From an uncultured Gammaproteobacteria bacterium (lineage in GTDB: Bacteria; Pseudomonadota; Gammaproteobacteria; Steroidobacterales; SZUA-146), in assembly GCA_963922815.1 (NCBI GenBank), contig CAWUKD010000004.1, positions 1 to 57,701 on the forward strand: a stretch of DNA of 57,701 bases. Direction: 5' to 3'. Shown piece after piece: positions 48,004-57,701 of this stretch (the first letter of the stretch is position 1; every line of letters begins with the position of its first letter). The notes below the pieces were generated by a model that was not told where the DNA came from, searched no databases, and saw only the letters and a list, made by a program, of their open reading frames with translations. A program made the position numbers and the translations under genes.

Positions 48004-49332
48004 ATGAATATAATCCCACGCGCCGTCTGGCCGCTATCAATCATCTGCGCAGCCGTGCTCATATCGGCCTGCGACTCAGACAACACCTCTCTTAAGATTA
48101 CGCCACTGAAAAATGAGGCAACCGATGGCGCCAGGCTGCCCAATCTTACGCCCTCTCCCGGCGGCGCCGTATTGAACTGGATTGAGCCGGCCTCAGCGCC
48201 TTCTGCTACATCTTCAACCGAAGCGCCAGATAGTGAGCTGAAACAAAAGCCGGATGCCGGGCACCTTCATGCGCTGCGAATGGCACGCTACGACGTCAAC
48301 GGAAACACATCCGATGCGCTGACTATCGCCACTGGCCGGGACTGGTTTATCAACTGGGCGGACTTTCCCTCGGTGTATGTACTTGACGACAACTCGCTGG
48401 TCGCTCACTGGCTACGCCGCTCAGGCTCGGGCACCTATGCTTACGACGTCGTGACCAGTCATTCTGAAAACGGCATTCACTGGACAGCACCCACCACGCC
48501 CCACCATGACGGCACCAAAACAGAGCACGGTTTTGCCAGCTTTTTTTCAGTGGGCGACAATCCGGCACTGGTCTGGCTGGACGGACGTAACACAAGCCCG
48601 TCCGGTGGCGGCCACGCCGACCACGCTGATAACGAAACAGCGGGCGCAGGTAACGCGATGACTCTGCGAACCCGAACACTGTCGCCCACCGGGGATGTCA
48701 GTTCGTCAGACAGCGTACTGTTAGACCCTCGCGTCTGCGACTGCTGCCAGACGTCGGCGGTCAATACCGATACAGGTGCCGTAGTGTTTTATCGGAACAG
48801 GTCTGAATCAGAAATTCGCGACATAGCCTATGTTCGCTATGACACCTCAACCGGGACCTGGAACGACCCCGCCATTGTCTTTGATGACGGCTGGAGGATT
48901 AACGGGTGCCCGGTAAATGGCCCTCAGGCCGATGCTCACAACTCGACGGTTGCCGTTGCGTGGTTTACCGCAGTGCCTACGCCACGGGTTCAGGTAGCGG
49001 TGTCTGCAGATAGTGGGCAAACATTCGGCGCTCCGCACATTGTCAGCAGCGCAGCGCCTCTGGGGCGCGTGTCGCTGGTCATGCTGGACGCCAATCGCAT
49101 GGTCGTAAGCTGGCTGGAGAAACAAGACAGTAATTTCGCGCGGCTCAACGTCCAGCTTCTCGACTCTACCGCCACGGTTCTTGCCGAAGCCGAGGTAACG
49201 TCACTGAGTTCGACTCGGCAAAGCGGATTTGCCCGAATGGCACGACTGACGCCGGAATCAGTCATGATCACATGGACTGAGTGGCACGGTGACACAAGCT
49301 CGATACGTACAGCACGTATTGACCTGCTCTGA
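48004..49332 (+). CDS. Sialidase/BNR-like beta-propeller lipoprotein
   Basis: Lipobox LISAC; NWADFPS, SENGIHW and SADSGQTF Asp-boxes, VCDCCQT, INGCPVNGP. Confidence 0.75.
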   Translation: MNIIPRAVWPLSIICAAVLISACDSDNTSLKITPLKNEATDGARLPNLTPSPGGAVLNWIEPASAPSATSSTEAPDSELKQKPDAGHLHALRMARYDVNGNTSDALTIATGRDWFINWADFPSVYVLDDNSLVAHWLRRSGSGTYAYDVVTSHSENGIHWTAPTTPHHDGTKTEHGFASFFSVGDNPALVWLDGRNTSPSGGGHADHADNETAGAGNAMTLRTRTLSPTGDVSSSDSVLLDPRVCDCCQTSAVNTDTGAVVFYRNRSESEIRDIAYVRYDTSTGTWNDPAIVFDDGWRINGCPVNGPQADAHNSTVAVAWFTAVPTPRVQVAVSADSGQTFGAPHIVSSAAPLGRVSLVMLDANRMVVSWLEKQDSNFARLNVQLLDSTATVLAEAEVTSLSSTRQSGFARMARLTPESVMITWTEWHGDTSSIRTARIDLL

Positions 49333-49517
49333 CGGCAGAACAGGCTCGCTTATCCTCACAAGGAGCGGGCAATCGGCCCTTCATCGGTGACGTGTATTTA
49401 CCGTCAAATTCCGTATAATGCGCGCATCTGCTGAAACTGGGCGGAAACAGAGGGGAACCTGGTCTCTGATTACGGGTCCATAATCCCGCTTTTCGAATAT
49501 TAGAGGACACGCAAGAC

Positions 49518-49838
49518 ATGGCGAAGATTATTGTAAAAGACCTCCAGGGCGAGACGAAAACCGTAGACGCCCTCGATGATGGCAGCCTGATGGAAGCGCT
49601 GGTCGAAGCTGACTATGACGACATCGAAGCGATCTGCGGGGGTTGTTGCGCCTGCGCTACCTGCCACGTGTATGTAACAGAGGACTGGATGCCCAGAATT
49701 CCCGAGCGCGGCGATGATGAGACCATGCTGCTCGAGTCCGTGGATGCGTATGACGAGCACCGCTCGCGCCTGTCGTGTCAGATTCAGATGAGCGAGGACA
49801 TTGAAGGTCTCGAAATCGAGATAGCCCCACCGGAGTAA
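49518..49838 (+). CDS. [2Fe-2S] ferredoxin, putidaredoxin/adrenodoxin type
   Basis: CGGCCACATCHV...RLSCQI. Confidence 0.93.
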   Translation: MAKIIVKDLQGETKTVDALDDGSLMEALVEADYDDIEAICGGCCACATCHVYVTEDWMPRIPERGDDETMLLESVDAYDEHRSRLSCQIQMSEDIEGLEIEIAPPE

Positions 49839-49916
49839 TTTCCACCGCGTCACATGCAAACGGCCAGTGCGACGCTAGACGCACTGGCCGTTGTTGTTTC
49901 TGCGACGCTGACTAAT

Positions 49917-51836
49917 TTACGCAGCCGACCTTGCCTCAATGGCATCTGTCTTATGCGAAGCGCCGCCGCCCTTCGCGGTTAGCGCCACGCCCCACGCCTC
50001 TTTACCGTGTCCAGCCGTAAACTCGCCGCCTTCCCACGCCAGTTTTCCGGCGACAATGACATACGGAACCACCCCGTCACTGCGGTTCACCAGCTGCTCG
50101 TGAGCAAACTCCTCGCGATAAATTGACCGGGTTCTGGCTTCGCTGTCGTAGACCGCCAGTTGCTCAGGATCAATCAGCGTAATATCGGCACGCTGGCCCA
50201 CCTCAATACTCCCGACGTCTATGTCAAAAAACTCTGCCGGGTCGCGCGTGAGTCGTTTGACCAGGTAGGCGACGGTATCAAGACCGCGCGACATGGCGGC
50301 TTTCAAACCACGGAGGTTCGCGTCATAAAACGCCATGTTGGTAAGGTGAGCCCCCGAGTCATTAAAGCCGGGTAATATCTTTGGATGCAGCAAGGTATTC
50401 AGCATGACCTCCGGATCGTCATTGGCAATGACTGAATGCCAATAGAGATCGGTATCAAACTGTTTGAGCAGTTCAAGCAGGAAGCGGCCTTCGCATCGCA
50501 GGCCTTCAGGCATCGCATCGAAGCTGCTGCGTTCTGCATCGTCAACGGGCGTGTGCGTGCCACCCTGGTAGCCGAGCAAGCGATCGTAAACGGCTTTCAG
50601 AGACATGCCATTCCAGGCGCTGACAGGACATCGCTGTATAAACATATCCGACAAACTGCGTCGAAACGCGTAGTCCTCTCTGAACATCAGGCGCTTAAGC
50701 CTCGCAATTCCGAAACCGCTTTTGCCCCGGGTCCACATGCGTATGAAGTTTCGGGAAAATTCGGGATCATTCAGAACGGCCAGGCGACCCGCCCGGTCCT
50801 CGAGATCCGGTTCGTTCAGCAGCCTCAATTCATCCACTTCCTCGAAGATCGGTGTGATCGGACCCTCGCCCCATATTTTGAAAGGTGCGGCCAGAGCCTG
50901 AATGGCAAATTTGCCCTGCAGCAGTCGCGAGTTTAACAACCGCGTGAGCACCATGATGGTCTTGAGCAGGCCGCGATTCGCAATCACGTCTAGAGCCGCA
51001 ACCGCTGTCAGCTTGAGCGGCCGGCCATGCAATCTTCCGCTGGTCAGCAGAAAGTTTCTTAACACGGTCAACTTGCTGTCCTTTGGCGGCGTAGCCTGCC
51101 ACACGCGGTCGTATTCGCGAAGCACCGACGTCAGTTGCTTGAGTTCTTTATAGCTTCCGTATTGAGTCGGAATCTTGCGCCGCCGGTTCGGGTCATTGGC
51201 CAGGTAGTGAAATGGCAAAGCGTCCGTCGAGAAGCCGACATAACCTTCGCGCATCGCCAGCCTGAGCAGGTCTTCCATACGCTTCAACTCGTCGCGGGTC
51301 GGATCGCGCGACACGCTGTCTTTAAAACCCATGACTTCAATTCGCAGCATCGAGTGCGGAACCATCGGGACAATATTGATACCCAGCGGCAGAGAGTTGA
51401 GATGATCGAGATACTCTTTCGATGTATTCCAGTCTGCGCGGTCGGCCACTTTTCGAAGCACTGGCTTGGGTACGTTTTCAACCCGTGCAAAACAATCGAC
51501 AATCGGGTCAACGTCTTCGCCAGAGTCGCGCTGCGCCCCATAGGCCAGCCCCAGGCTGCAGTTACTGACCACAACTGTAGTGGTTCCGTGCCTGACGGCT
51601 TCCGGCAGCCCCGGTGCCAGCTCTACTTCCAGATCAAAATGGGTGTGGATATCCAGGAGCCCGGGCGTGAGCCACAGGCCTTTTGCGTCTATGACCCGCT
51701 CGGCCTCTGCCTCTATGCGCTTCTCGCGTGCCGCGACGATTCCCCGCCGAATCGCCACGTCCTGCGTAGCCGGCTTGCTGCCCGTACCGTCAAAAACAAG
51801 GGCATTTCTGATTAACAAATCGTATCGTTCGGTCAT
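49917..51836 (-). CDS. N-acyl-D-amino-acid deacylase-like amidohydrolase
   Basis: FDGTGS, PGLLDIHTHFD, GTTTVVVSNCS, NDSGAH, GQRADITL. Confidence 0.8.
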   Translation of the reverse strand: MTERYDLLIRNALVFDGTGSKPATQDVAIRRGIVAAREKRIEAEAERVIDAKGLWLTPGLLDIHTHFDLEVELAPGLPEAVRHGTTTVVVSNCSLGLAYGAQRDSGEDVDPIVDCFARVENVPKPVLRKVADRADWNTSKEYLDHLNSLPLGINIVPMVPHSMLRIEVMGFKDSVSRDPTRDELKRMEDLLRLAMREGYVGFSTDALPFHYLANDPNRRRKIPTQYGSYKELKQLTSVLREYDRVWQATPPKDSKLTVLRNFLLTSGRLHGRPLKLTAVAALDVIANRGLLKTIMVLTRLLNSRLLQGKFAIQALAAPFKIWGEGPITPIFEEVDELRLLNEPDLEDRAGRLAVLNDPEFSRNFIRMWTRGKSGFGIARLKRLMFREDYAFRRSLSDMFIQRCPVSAWNGMSLKAVYDRLLGYQGGTHTPVDDAERSSFDAMPEGLRCEGRFLLELLKQFDTDLYWHSVIANDDPEVMLNTLLHPKILPGFNDSGAHLTNMAFYDANLRGLKAAMSRGLDTVAYLVKRLTRDPAEFFDIDVGSIEVGQRADITLIDPEQLAVYDSEARTRSIYREEFAHEQLVNRSDGVVPYVIVAGKLAWEGGEFTAGHGKEAWGVALTAKGGGASHKTDAIEARSAA

Positions 51837-51838
51837 AG

Positions 51839-52756
51839 TCAGAGCGCATCCCCGAAAAAAGAAAGTATATGTTGTGTGACCGCCTCAGGCGCTTCCAGCT
51901 GCGGGTAATGGCCTATACCGGGCAACCCAACAATATCGCCACGGTCAACAAGCTCCCTAAACCTCGCAACCATATGCGCACCGGATACAGGGTCACTTGA
52001 TCCGTTAATCAGCCCCAGTGGCATTTTCGTATGAGTGAGCGCCTCAACCCAGCGGGTTCTATGCTCCAGTCGATCTTTCATGTACCACATCAAACGGTGC
52101 AGGTTGCGCCTGCCGTTGTTGTGCTCCGTTAACGTCCAAAAGTTCTCCAGCTCTGTCGCCGAAGGCGGCGTACCCGGCCCAAACACTTTGGTCAGATTTT
52201 TTTCCAGCGCCCGCCGGCCAAATGCTTTGACGAACAAACCACCGGCCGGCCCAACCAGCAGCTTTTGTGCCAGCCGCGCCCTGTGCGTCTCCGGGAACAA
52301 CCCCCCGTTCAGCAGACACACGGCATCGATAACCGGAGCACCCGATTCGTGAAATCGTGCCATGATCTCCTGCGCGACCGTATCACCGTAATCGTGAGCC
52401 AGTATCGAAAACCGCCCGATCCCCAGGTCAGTCATCAGGGCCAGCGCAAGGTCTGCCTGCTCATGAATGCTGTAGCGATAATTGACCGGCTTGTCAGAAT
52501 AGCCAAACCCCAGTAAATCCAGCGTGATGACGCGGTAGCGTTCGGCGAGCGCATCCCACTGGTAGTGCCAGTCCCAGCTCGAGGTCGGAAACCCGTGCAG
52601 CAGCAACACCACGGGCCTGGCCGCCTCGTCATTCGCGACAGATGATCCGCTATCGACCACAAAAAGCGAGCGGCCGCCAACGGTTTTCATACGCCCGTTC
52701 GCCTTCCAGGCGTTCAGCGTATAGCCATCGGACGCGTTTGCCGCCCGACTACTCAC
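51839..52756 (-). CDS. MEST-like alpha/beta hydrolase (epoxide hydrolase superfamily)
   Basis: LHGFPTSSWDW, AHDYGD (Asp nucleophile), DPVSG, GHYPQLE. Confidence 0.88.
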   Translation of the reverse strand: MSSRAANASDGYTLNAWKANGRMKTVGGRSLFVVDSGSSVANDEAARPVVLLLHGFPTSSWDWHYQWDALAERYRVITLDLLGFGYSDKPVNYRYSIHEQADLALALMTDLGIGRFSILAHDYGDTVAQEIMARFHESGAPVIDAVCLLNGGLFPETHRARLAQKLLVGPAGGLFVKAFGRRALEKNLTKVFGPGTPPSATELENFWTLTEHNNGRRNLHRLMWYMKDRLEHRTRWVEALTHTKMPLGLINGSSDPVSGAHMVARFRELVDRGDIVGLPGIGHYPQLEAPEAVTQHILSFFGDAL

Positions 52757-53627
52757 CCGACCCGCCAGCGGCGTTCACCGGCTCATCGATCACCTGGTTT
52801 TGCAGTGTTCCCACTTCGCTAATCTCGACTTCAACCGTATCTCCATGCTGCATGAAGACCTGAGGGTCCCGCTTTACGCCAACACCGCCGGGCGTCCCGG
52901 TAGAAATAACATCGCCCGGCTCAAGCCGCGTGAACGTCGTAATGTAAGCAATCAGTTTCGGTATCGAAAAAATCATCAGGTCCGTAGTCGTCTGCTGCAT
53001 AACCTGCCCGTTTAAACGGGTAGTCAGGGTCAGCGACGTCGGATCAGGGATCTCGTCGGCGGTGACCAGTGCCGGACCAAATGCGCCTGTGCACATGAAA
53101 TTTTTACCGGGGGTAAACTGGCTCGTATGGCGCTGCCAGTCCCGTATCGATATATCGTTGAAACAGCTGTAACCGGCAACCAGTTTCATGGCGTCCTGCT
53201 CGGCCACATGATGACCTGATCGACCAATAATAACCGCCAGCTCTCCCTCAAAATCCATCTGTTCTGACACACGTGGTCGCCAGACGTTATGATTGTGCCC
53301 GACGAGGCACGTTGCAAACCTTGAAAACAACGTCGGGTACTGTCGTTCTTCGTTACCCGTTTCGATGCGGTGCGCGTGATAGTTCAGACCTACGCAGAAG
53401 ATTTTTCCCGGCGCTGGAATCACCGGAAGCAGATCGACATCCTCCAGCAGGAACGTTTCGCTGGATCGCGCATAAGCATCTGACAGCTTACCATCGCAGG
53501 TCGAAAGCAGGGCTTTCAAACTGCGACCGCCGGCCGCACCCGAGAGGGGAATGACACGGGTATCGTTTACTTCACCCACGAGTACTCTGGATGATTTTTC
53601 GCGCGTCCTGAACGTAACAAAGGGCAT
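52749..53627 (-). CDS. Fumarylacetoacetate hydrolase family protein
   Basis: CVGLNY, DFEGELAVIIG, NDISIRDWQ, GKNF, GDVISTGTPGG. Confidence 0.92.
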   Translation of the reverse strand: MPFVTFRTREKSSRVLVGEVNDTRVIPLSGAAGGRSLKALLSTCDGKLSDAYARSSETFLLEDVDLLPVIPAPGKIFCVGLNYHAHRIETGNEERQYPTLFSRFATCLVGHNHNVWRPRVSEQMDFEGELAVIIGRSGHHVAEQDAMKLVAGYSCFNDISIRDWQRHTSQFTPGKNFMCTGAFGPALVTADEIPDPTSLTLTTRLNGQVMQQTTTDLMIFSIPKLIAYITTFTRLEPGDVISTGTPGGVGVKRDPQVFMQHGDTVEVEISEVGTLQNQVIDEPVNAAGGSGE

Positions 53628-53913
53628 CGGTATATTCCTCGCAACAAGACCCTTAGACTACGCATCACGAGAGGGATTCTCAATACGCCGGACTGCGCAC
53701 TCCAAGCGATACTTTCCCGACTCTCTGAGCGGACGGCTATGGCGCTCATCTGCGGCAGGCTGCCCGCCAGATCGAAGCACTCCGCCAAATCACTGGCAAC
53801 GTTCAGGAAGATGACTCACAATACTTGCCAGCTACGCGTCCAGACCACGCATCAAGTGAAACCCGGGCACCCAATCACATCGCTACCGATCTCGATCGTT
53901 AATCCATTGTAAC

Positions 53914-56900
53914 GTGCGCAAGAATCTTCCTATGAACATGACAACGATTGAAGACTGCCTTACATCTGACTACGGCCTCTCCGGCCAACTCAGTGAGCTT
54001 TACAGCTATCAGGATCAGAGTTTTCTGCTTCGATCTGCTTCCGAATCGTCCGAAGAAGAGCCAACGTCGTACGTCGTCAAAGTCATGAATGCCGACGCCG
54101 ACGAGGACGTCGTTGACATGCAGATACACCTGCTCGAAACACTGGGGAAGGCCGACACAACGCTCAGGGACATGCCCGGTATTGCACAGGTAATCCACAC
54201 TCTCAGCGGCATGAAGCGAACCCGGATTACGAACGAAGAAGGATCAACTCATATCGTTTGGGTCGTGAGCTATCTGGAAGGCGTACTGGCAGCGGACCAG
54301 CAGCCTTACACCGAGGGTACATTACGCAACCTGGGCGCCTCGATTGCCTTCATCCATCAGGAGATTGCCAACGTCGATCATGCGGGCCTGCGTATTCCGT
54401 CAACCTGGAAACTCATCGACTCGGAGTGGATTGCTGAACACCTGCCACTACTGCGCGAAACGTTCGCAGAACATGCTGACTGGCTGGAGTCGGCTATCCG
54501 CCAGTTTCTGGATCCCGATATCACCGGTCACGGCAAAGCTGCCATCAATCAACTACCTGCTCAGGCCATTCACGGCGACATCAACGAACACAACGTGTTG
54601 TTCAGCTACCCGGTGACCCGGATGATTCACGAAGAGCAGGTCATCGCCGGAATCATCGATTTTGGCGACGCGCACGAGGCGCCTCGAATCTGTGACCTGG
54701 CGATTGCCGCTACCTATTTCATGATGCATCAGAAAAATCCGTGGAAAGCACTGGCTGCTCTGGTCGGCGGCTATCACGCCGCCGCCCCGCTGTCTCGCCG
54801 GGAGCGCGAGCTGATCATGCCTCTGGTGCGCATGCGCCTGGCCCAGAGCCTGACTCAAAGCATTCTCAGGTCCGGTCAGTCACCCGACGACGATTACATC
54901 ACCATCTCGCAGCAACCGGCGTTAACATTAATTGATCAGCTCAGAGAGTTTAAACAGGGCTTCGCCACGTACTGGATTCACTGCGCGTGCGGCGACGACT
55001 ATCTGACCGACAAGCTTCATCGTCTCAGACAGGCCTTGCGGCAATCACCGGCCGCTCCAGTTCTCGACGCCGATTTTAACGCGGCGAGCGTTCTTGACCT
55101 GAGCCCGGGTTCCGGCCATCCGGCCGACCCGTTCAGCGGCGATATGCCCGACCCGCTCGATACCACATCGGAACCGGTTATCGGGCGTTACGGCGAGCCT
55201 CGCCTTGTGTATCAGTCCGCCGATTTTCGCGCTTCGTCTCACCCGGCCAGCGACGCGCGCACCCTACACGCCGGGGTTGACGTGTTCATGCAGGCCGGCA
55301 CCCCGGTATTTGCACCGTGTGATGCGGTCGTTCATGCGCTGGAGAACCGACAGCAACGCCAGGACTATGGCCCGGTGATCGTTTTGCAGCATGAACTCGA
55401 AGGCGATGACTTCTACACACTATACGGGCATCTTGACAGCGAGTGCCTGTCCCGACTGAACGTTGGTGATCGGGTGTCACGCGGTCAGCGCATTGCGCGT
55501 ATTGGCGCGCCTCCGGAAAACGGTGACTGGCCGCCCCATCTGCATTTTCAGTGGGTACTGGAGGACCTGGGATGGGGTACCGATATCAACGGCGTTTGCC
55601 ACCCGTTCAGCTGGCCCGTATGGCGACAGTTCTTCCCGAACCCGGCGGCTCTGCTGGGCTGTGACGACGCTCTGGCCGGCCACACGATTGATGAGGACGA
55701 AGAACTGGGCAACAGACGCAGCGCCCTGGTTGGCGGCAGTCTGGCGGTGTCCTATGCCAGGCCTGTTCAGGTCGTGCGCGGCTGGCAGCAGTACCTCTAT
55801 GATCAGTATGGCCGATGCTATCTCGATGCTTACAACAACGTACCGCACGTCGGTCACTGCCATCCCCATGTCGTTGATGCGGTAGCCAGGCAGCTACGCA
55901 CGCTCAGCACCAACACCCGCTACCTGCACAACGGCATTCTTGACTATGCCGACGCGTTAACCGCGCGGTTTGATGAACGACTCAGCGTCTGCTTTATTGT
56001 TAATTCCGCCAGTGAGGCCAACGAACTGGCGCTGCGCCTTGCACGCAGCGCAACGTCCGCCCGGGACATGATTGTCATGGCAGACGCCTATCACGGACAC
56101 ACCACGTCGCTCATTGATATCAGCCCGTACAAAGCGGAAGGACCCGGCGGACAGGGCTGCCCCGAGTGGGTGCATCAGGTACCGTCCGTCGACCTCTACC
56201 GCGGGCGTTATCGCTACGACGAACCCAACGCCGGTCCGCTGTATGCCAACGATGTGCGCGATGTCATCCATAATATGTCGCAACCACTATGCGGTTTTAT
56301 CTGTGAATCGTTACCCAGCGTGGGCGGCCAGCTTGTTTATCCTCCGGGCTATCTGCAGAACGCATATGCGCACGTGCGCGCAGCCGGCGGAGTTTGCATT
56401 GCGGACGAAGTGCAAACCGGCTTCGGCCGCACCGGGGATCATTTCTGGGGGTTTGAACAACAGCAGGCCGACCCGGACATCGTTGTCCTCGGCAAGCCCA
56501 TTGGCAACGGTTTTCCGCTGGCTGCGGTAATCACAACCGTTGACATCGCCGATACCTTTAACAACGGCATGGAATTTTTCAGCACGTTCGGCGGCAATAC
56601 GGTCGCCTGTGCCGCTGGCCTGGCCGTTCTTGAAGTGATGGACAAAGAGAACGTACAGGCGCACATCAAAGCCACCGGGGACTACCTGAAAGCGTCGCTA
56701 CAGGCGCGTCTGGGCAGTCACCCTCTCGTCGGAGACATTCGCGGCATGGGCTTGTTTTTGGGCATCGAACTGGTAACGGACAAAACAACGCAGACGCCGG
56801 CCACCCTCGAAGCCTCCTATGTCAAGAATCGACTGCGAGAGACCGGCATATTGATCGGGACCGACGGTCCTTTTGACAGCGTCTTGAAAATCCGTCCTCC

Positions 56901-56985
56901 GTCACCATTTAATGACAGTGATGCAGACTTTCTCGTCGAGTCGCTCGAACATATTCTGAGCGACACCGCTTTGAGAGCAACGTAA
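53914..56985 (+). CDS. Fusion: APH/hydroxylysine-kinase-like + M23 peptidase + class-III PLP phospho-lyase-like domain
   Basis: HGDINEHN/IIDFGD; HAGVD...YGHL...HLH; YLDAYNNVPHVGHCHP, DEVQTGFGR, LGKPIGNG, STFGGN. Start may be ATG 53932 or 53938. Confidence 0.88.
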   Translation: MRKNLPMNMTTIEDCLTSDYGLSGQLSELYSYQDQSFLLRSASESSEEEPTSYVVKVMNADADEDVVDMQIHLLETLGKADTTLRDMPGIAQVIHTLSGMKRTRITNEEGSTHIVWVVSYLEGVLAADQQPYTEGTLRNLGASIAFIHQEIANVDHAGLRIPSTWKLIDSEWIAEHLPLLRETFAEHADWLESAIRQFLDPDITGHGKAAINQLPAQAIHGDINEHNVLFSYPVTRMIHEEQVIAGIIDFGDAHEAPRICDLAIAATYFMMHQKNPWKALAALVGGYHAAAPLSRRERELIMPLVRMRLAQSLTQSILRSGQSPDDDYITISQQPALTLIDQLREFKQGFATYWIHCACGDDYLTDKLHRLRQALRQSPAAPVLDADFNAASVLDLSPGSGHPADPFSGDMPDPLDTTSEPVIGRYGEPRLVYQSADFRASSHPASDARTLHAGVDVFMQAGTPVFAPCDAVVHALENRQQRQDYGPVIVLQHELEGDDFYTLYGHLDSECLSRLNVGDRVSRGQRIARIGAPPENGDWPPHLHFQWVLEDLGWGTDINGVCHPFSWPVWRQFFPNPAALLGCDDALAGHTIDEDEELGNRRSALVGGSLAVSYARPVQVVRGWQQYLYDQYGRCYLDAYNNVPHVGHCHPHVVDAVARQLRTLSTNTRYLHNGILDYADALTARFDERLSVCFIVNSASEANELALRLARSATSARDMIVMADAYHGHTTSLIDISPYKAEGPGGQGCPEWVHQVPSVDLYRGRYRYDEPNAGPLYANDVRDVIHNMSQPLCGFICESLPSVGGQLVYPPGYLQNAYAHVRAAGGVCIADEVQTGFGRTGDHFWGFEQQQADPDIVVLGKPIGNGFPLAAVITTVDIADTFNNGMEFFSTFGGNTVACAAGLAVLEVMDKENVQAHIKATGDYLKASLQARLGSHPLVGDIRGMGLFLGIELVTDKTTQTPATLEASYVKNRLRETGILIGTDGPFDSVLKIRPPSPFNDSDADFLVESLEHILSDTALRAT

Positions 56986-57006
56986 CTCCCACATTCGGAG
57001 CGGTAC

Positions 57007-57701
57007 ATGGACACATCGTCAGAAACCAACAGCAGCTCTGCCATCAGGCGACTGCGGCCTCTCAAGTTTCTCTGGCCCTATGCGTACCCCTACCGCCGCC
57101 AGGTCGTGTATGCCCTCATCTTTCTGATCCTGGCCGCTATCTCCATGCTCGCACTGCCGGCCGCCGTGCGATACATGATCGATAACGGCTTCTCCAGCGA
57201 CAACATGGGAGATCTCGATCGGTATTTTGTTGGCCTGTTCCTCGTCGCCGTCTGTCTCGGTGTTTTCTCGGCGCTGCGATTTTTCTGGGTCTCCTGGCTG
57301 GGAGAACGAGTCGTCGCCGATGTCCGCATGGACCTGTACCGGCACATCACAGGACTGAGCCCATCGTTTTTTGAGCACACCAGAACCGGTGAAGTGCTGT
57401 CGCGCCTCAATACCGATACGACGCTGATCGATACCGTGGTGGGCTCAAGCTTCTCGATCGCCTTGCGTAGCAGCGCTATCCTGATTGGCTCGGTAGTCAT
57501 GCTGTTTGTCACAGCGCCAAAAATGGCGGCCTCCATGGCACTGGTGATCCCATTGGTTCTCGCCCCTATCGTTTTCTTTGGCCGGCGCATTCGCACCATG
57601 TCCAAGCAAAGCCAGGACAGCATTGCCGACTTCAGCGCGTTAGCCACCGAATCTCTTAACGCCATTCATACCGTGCAATCTTTTGCCGCCGAAGACTACG
57701 A
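57007..57701 (+). CDS. MsbA-related ABC exporter, TM domain (3'-truncated)
   Basis: Manual translation from ATG 57007 (GGAG RBS): ...WLGERVVADVRMDLYRHITGLSPSFFEHTRTGEVLSRLNTDTTLI...; absent from the ORF track. Confidence 0.9.
   Translation, partial: MDTSSETNSSSAIRRLRPLKFLWPYAYPYRRQVVYALIFLILAAISMLALPAAVRYMIDNGFSSDNMGDLDRYFVGLFLVAVCLGVFSALRFFWVSWLGERVVADVRMDLYRHITGLSPSFFEHTRTGEVLSRLNTDTTLIDTVVGSSFSIALRSSAILIGSVVMLFVTAPKMAASMALVIPLVLAPIVFFGRRIRTMSKQSQDSIADFSALATESLNAIHTVQSFAAEDY

Noticed and set aside
57019-57665. Minus-strand ORFs at the right end
   Set aside because: Antisense to the ABC exporter read from ATG 57007.
1-57701. CRISPR arrays, IS elements, tRNA/rRNA, anti-phage defence genes
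   Set aside because: No repeat-spacer arrays, transposase or integrase motifs, or structural-RNA signatures were seen by eye.

Overview
Gene-dense, moderately GC-rich bacterial chromosomal segment. Gene content suggests a marine Gammaproteobacterium (inference). No rRNA, tRNA, CRISPR array or mobile element was recognised. The left third (1-22.9 kb) holds stress, ion-homeostasis and regulatory modules: UspE, a LytS/LytTR pair with a secreted MBL-fold hydrolase, NhaR with an HPF-like gene and a voltage-gated Na+ channel, SdpRI, DUF533, a delta carbonic anhydrase, an EF-hand protein with a Cpx-like two-component system, a CPA2 antiporter, and a complete sigma54 module. The centre (23-46 kb) is a large methylated-amine/one-carbon catabolic region: a non-pyrrolysine MttB-family methyltransferase, corrinoid protein, DUF1638, a 'virulence factor'-family protein, a pterin-binding methyltransferase, an ASKHA corrinoid activator, a BBOX/TmpA-like dioxygenase with a TmpB/PhnZ-like HD oxygenase, dimethylglycine dehydrogenase, GFA, soxBDAG, a GlxA/GbdR-like regulator, fhs and folD. 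The right end has a MATE, a beta-propeller lipoprotein, a ferredoxin, three hydrolase-type genes, a kinase-M23-PLP phospho-lyase triple fusion and a partial ABC exporter. The best leads are the oxygenase pair embedded in a B12 demethylation operon, complementary poly-Arg and poly-acid tails on the corrinoid-module proteins, two promoters with identical geometry, the sigma54-driven orphan secreted protein, and the kinase-M23-lyase fusion. All family calls come from motif recognition; no database search was run.
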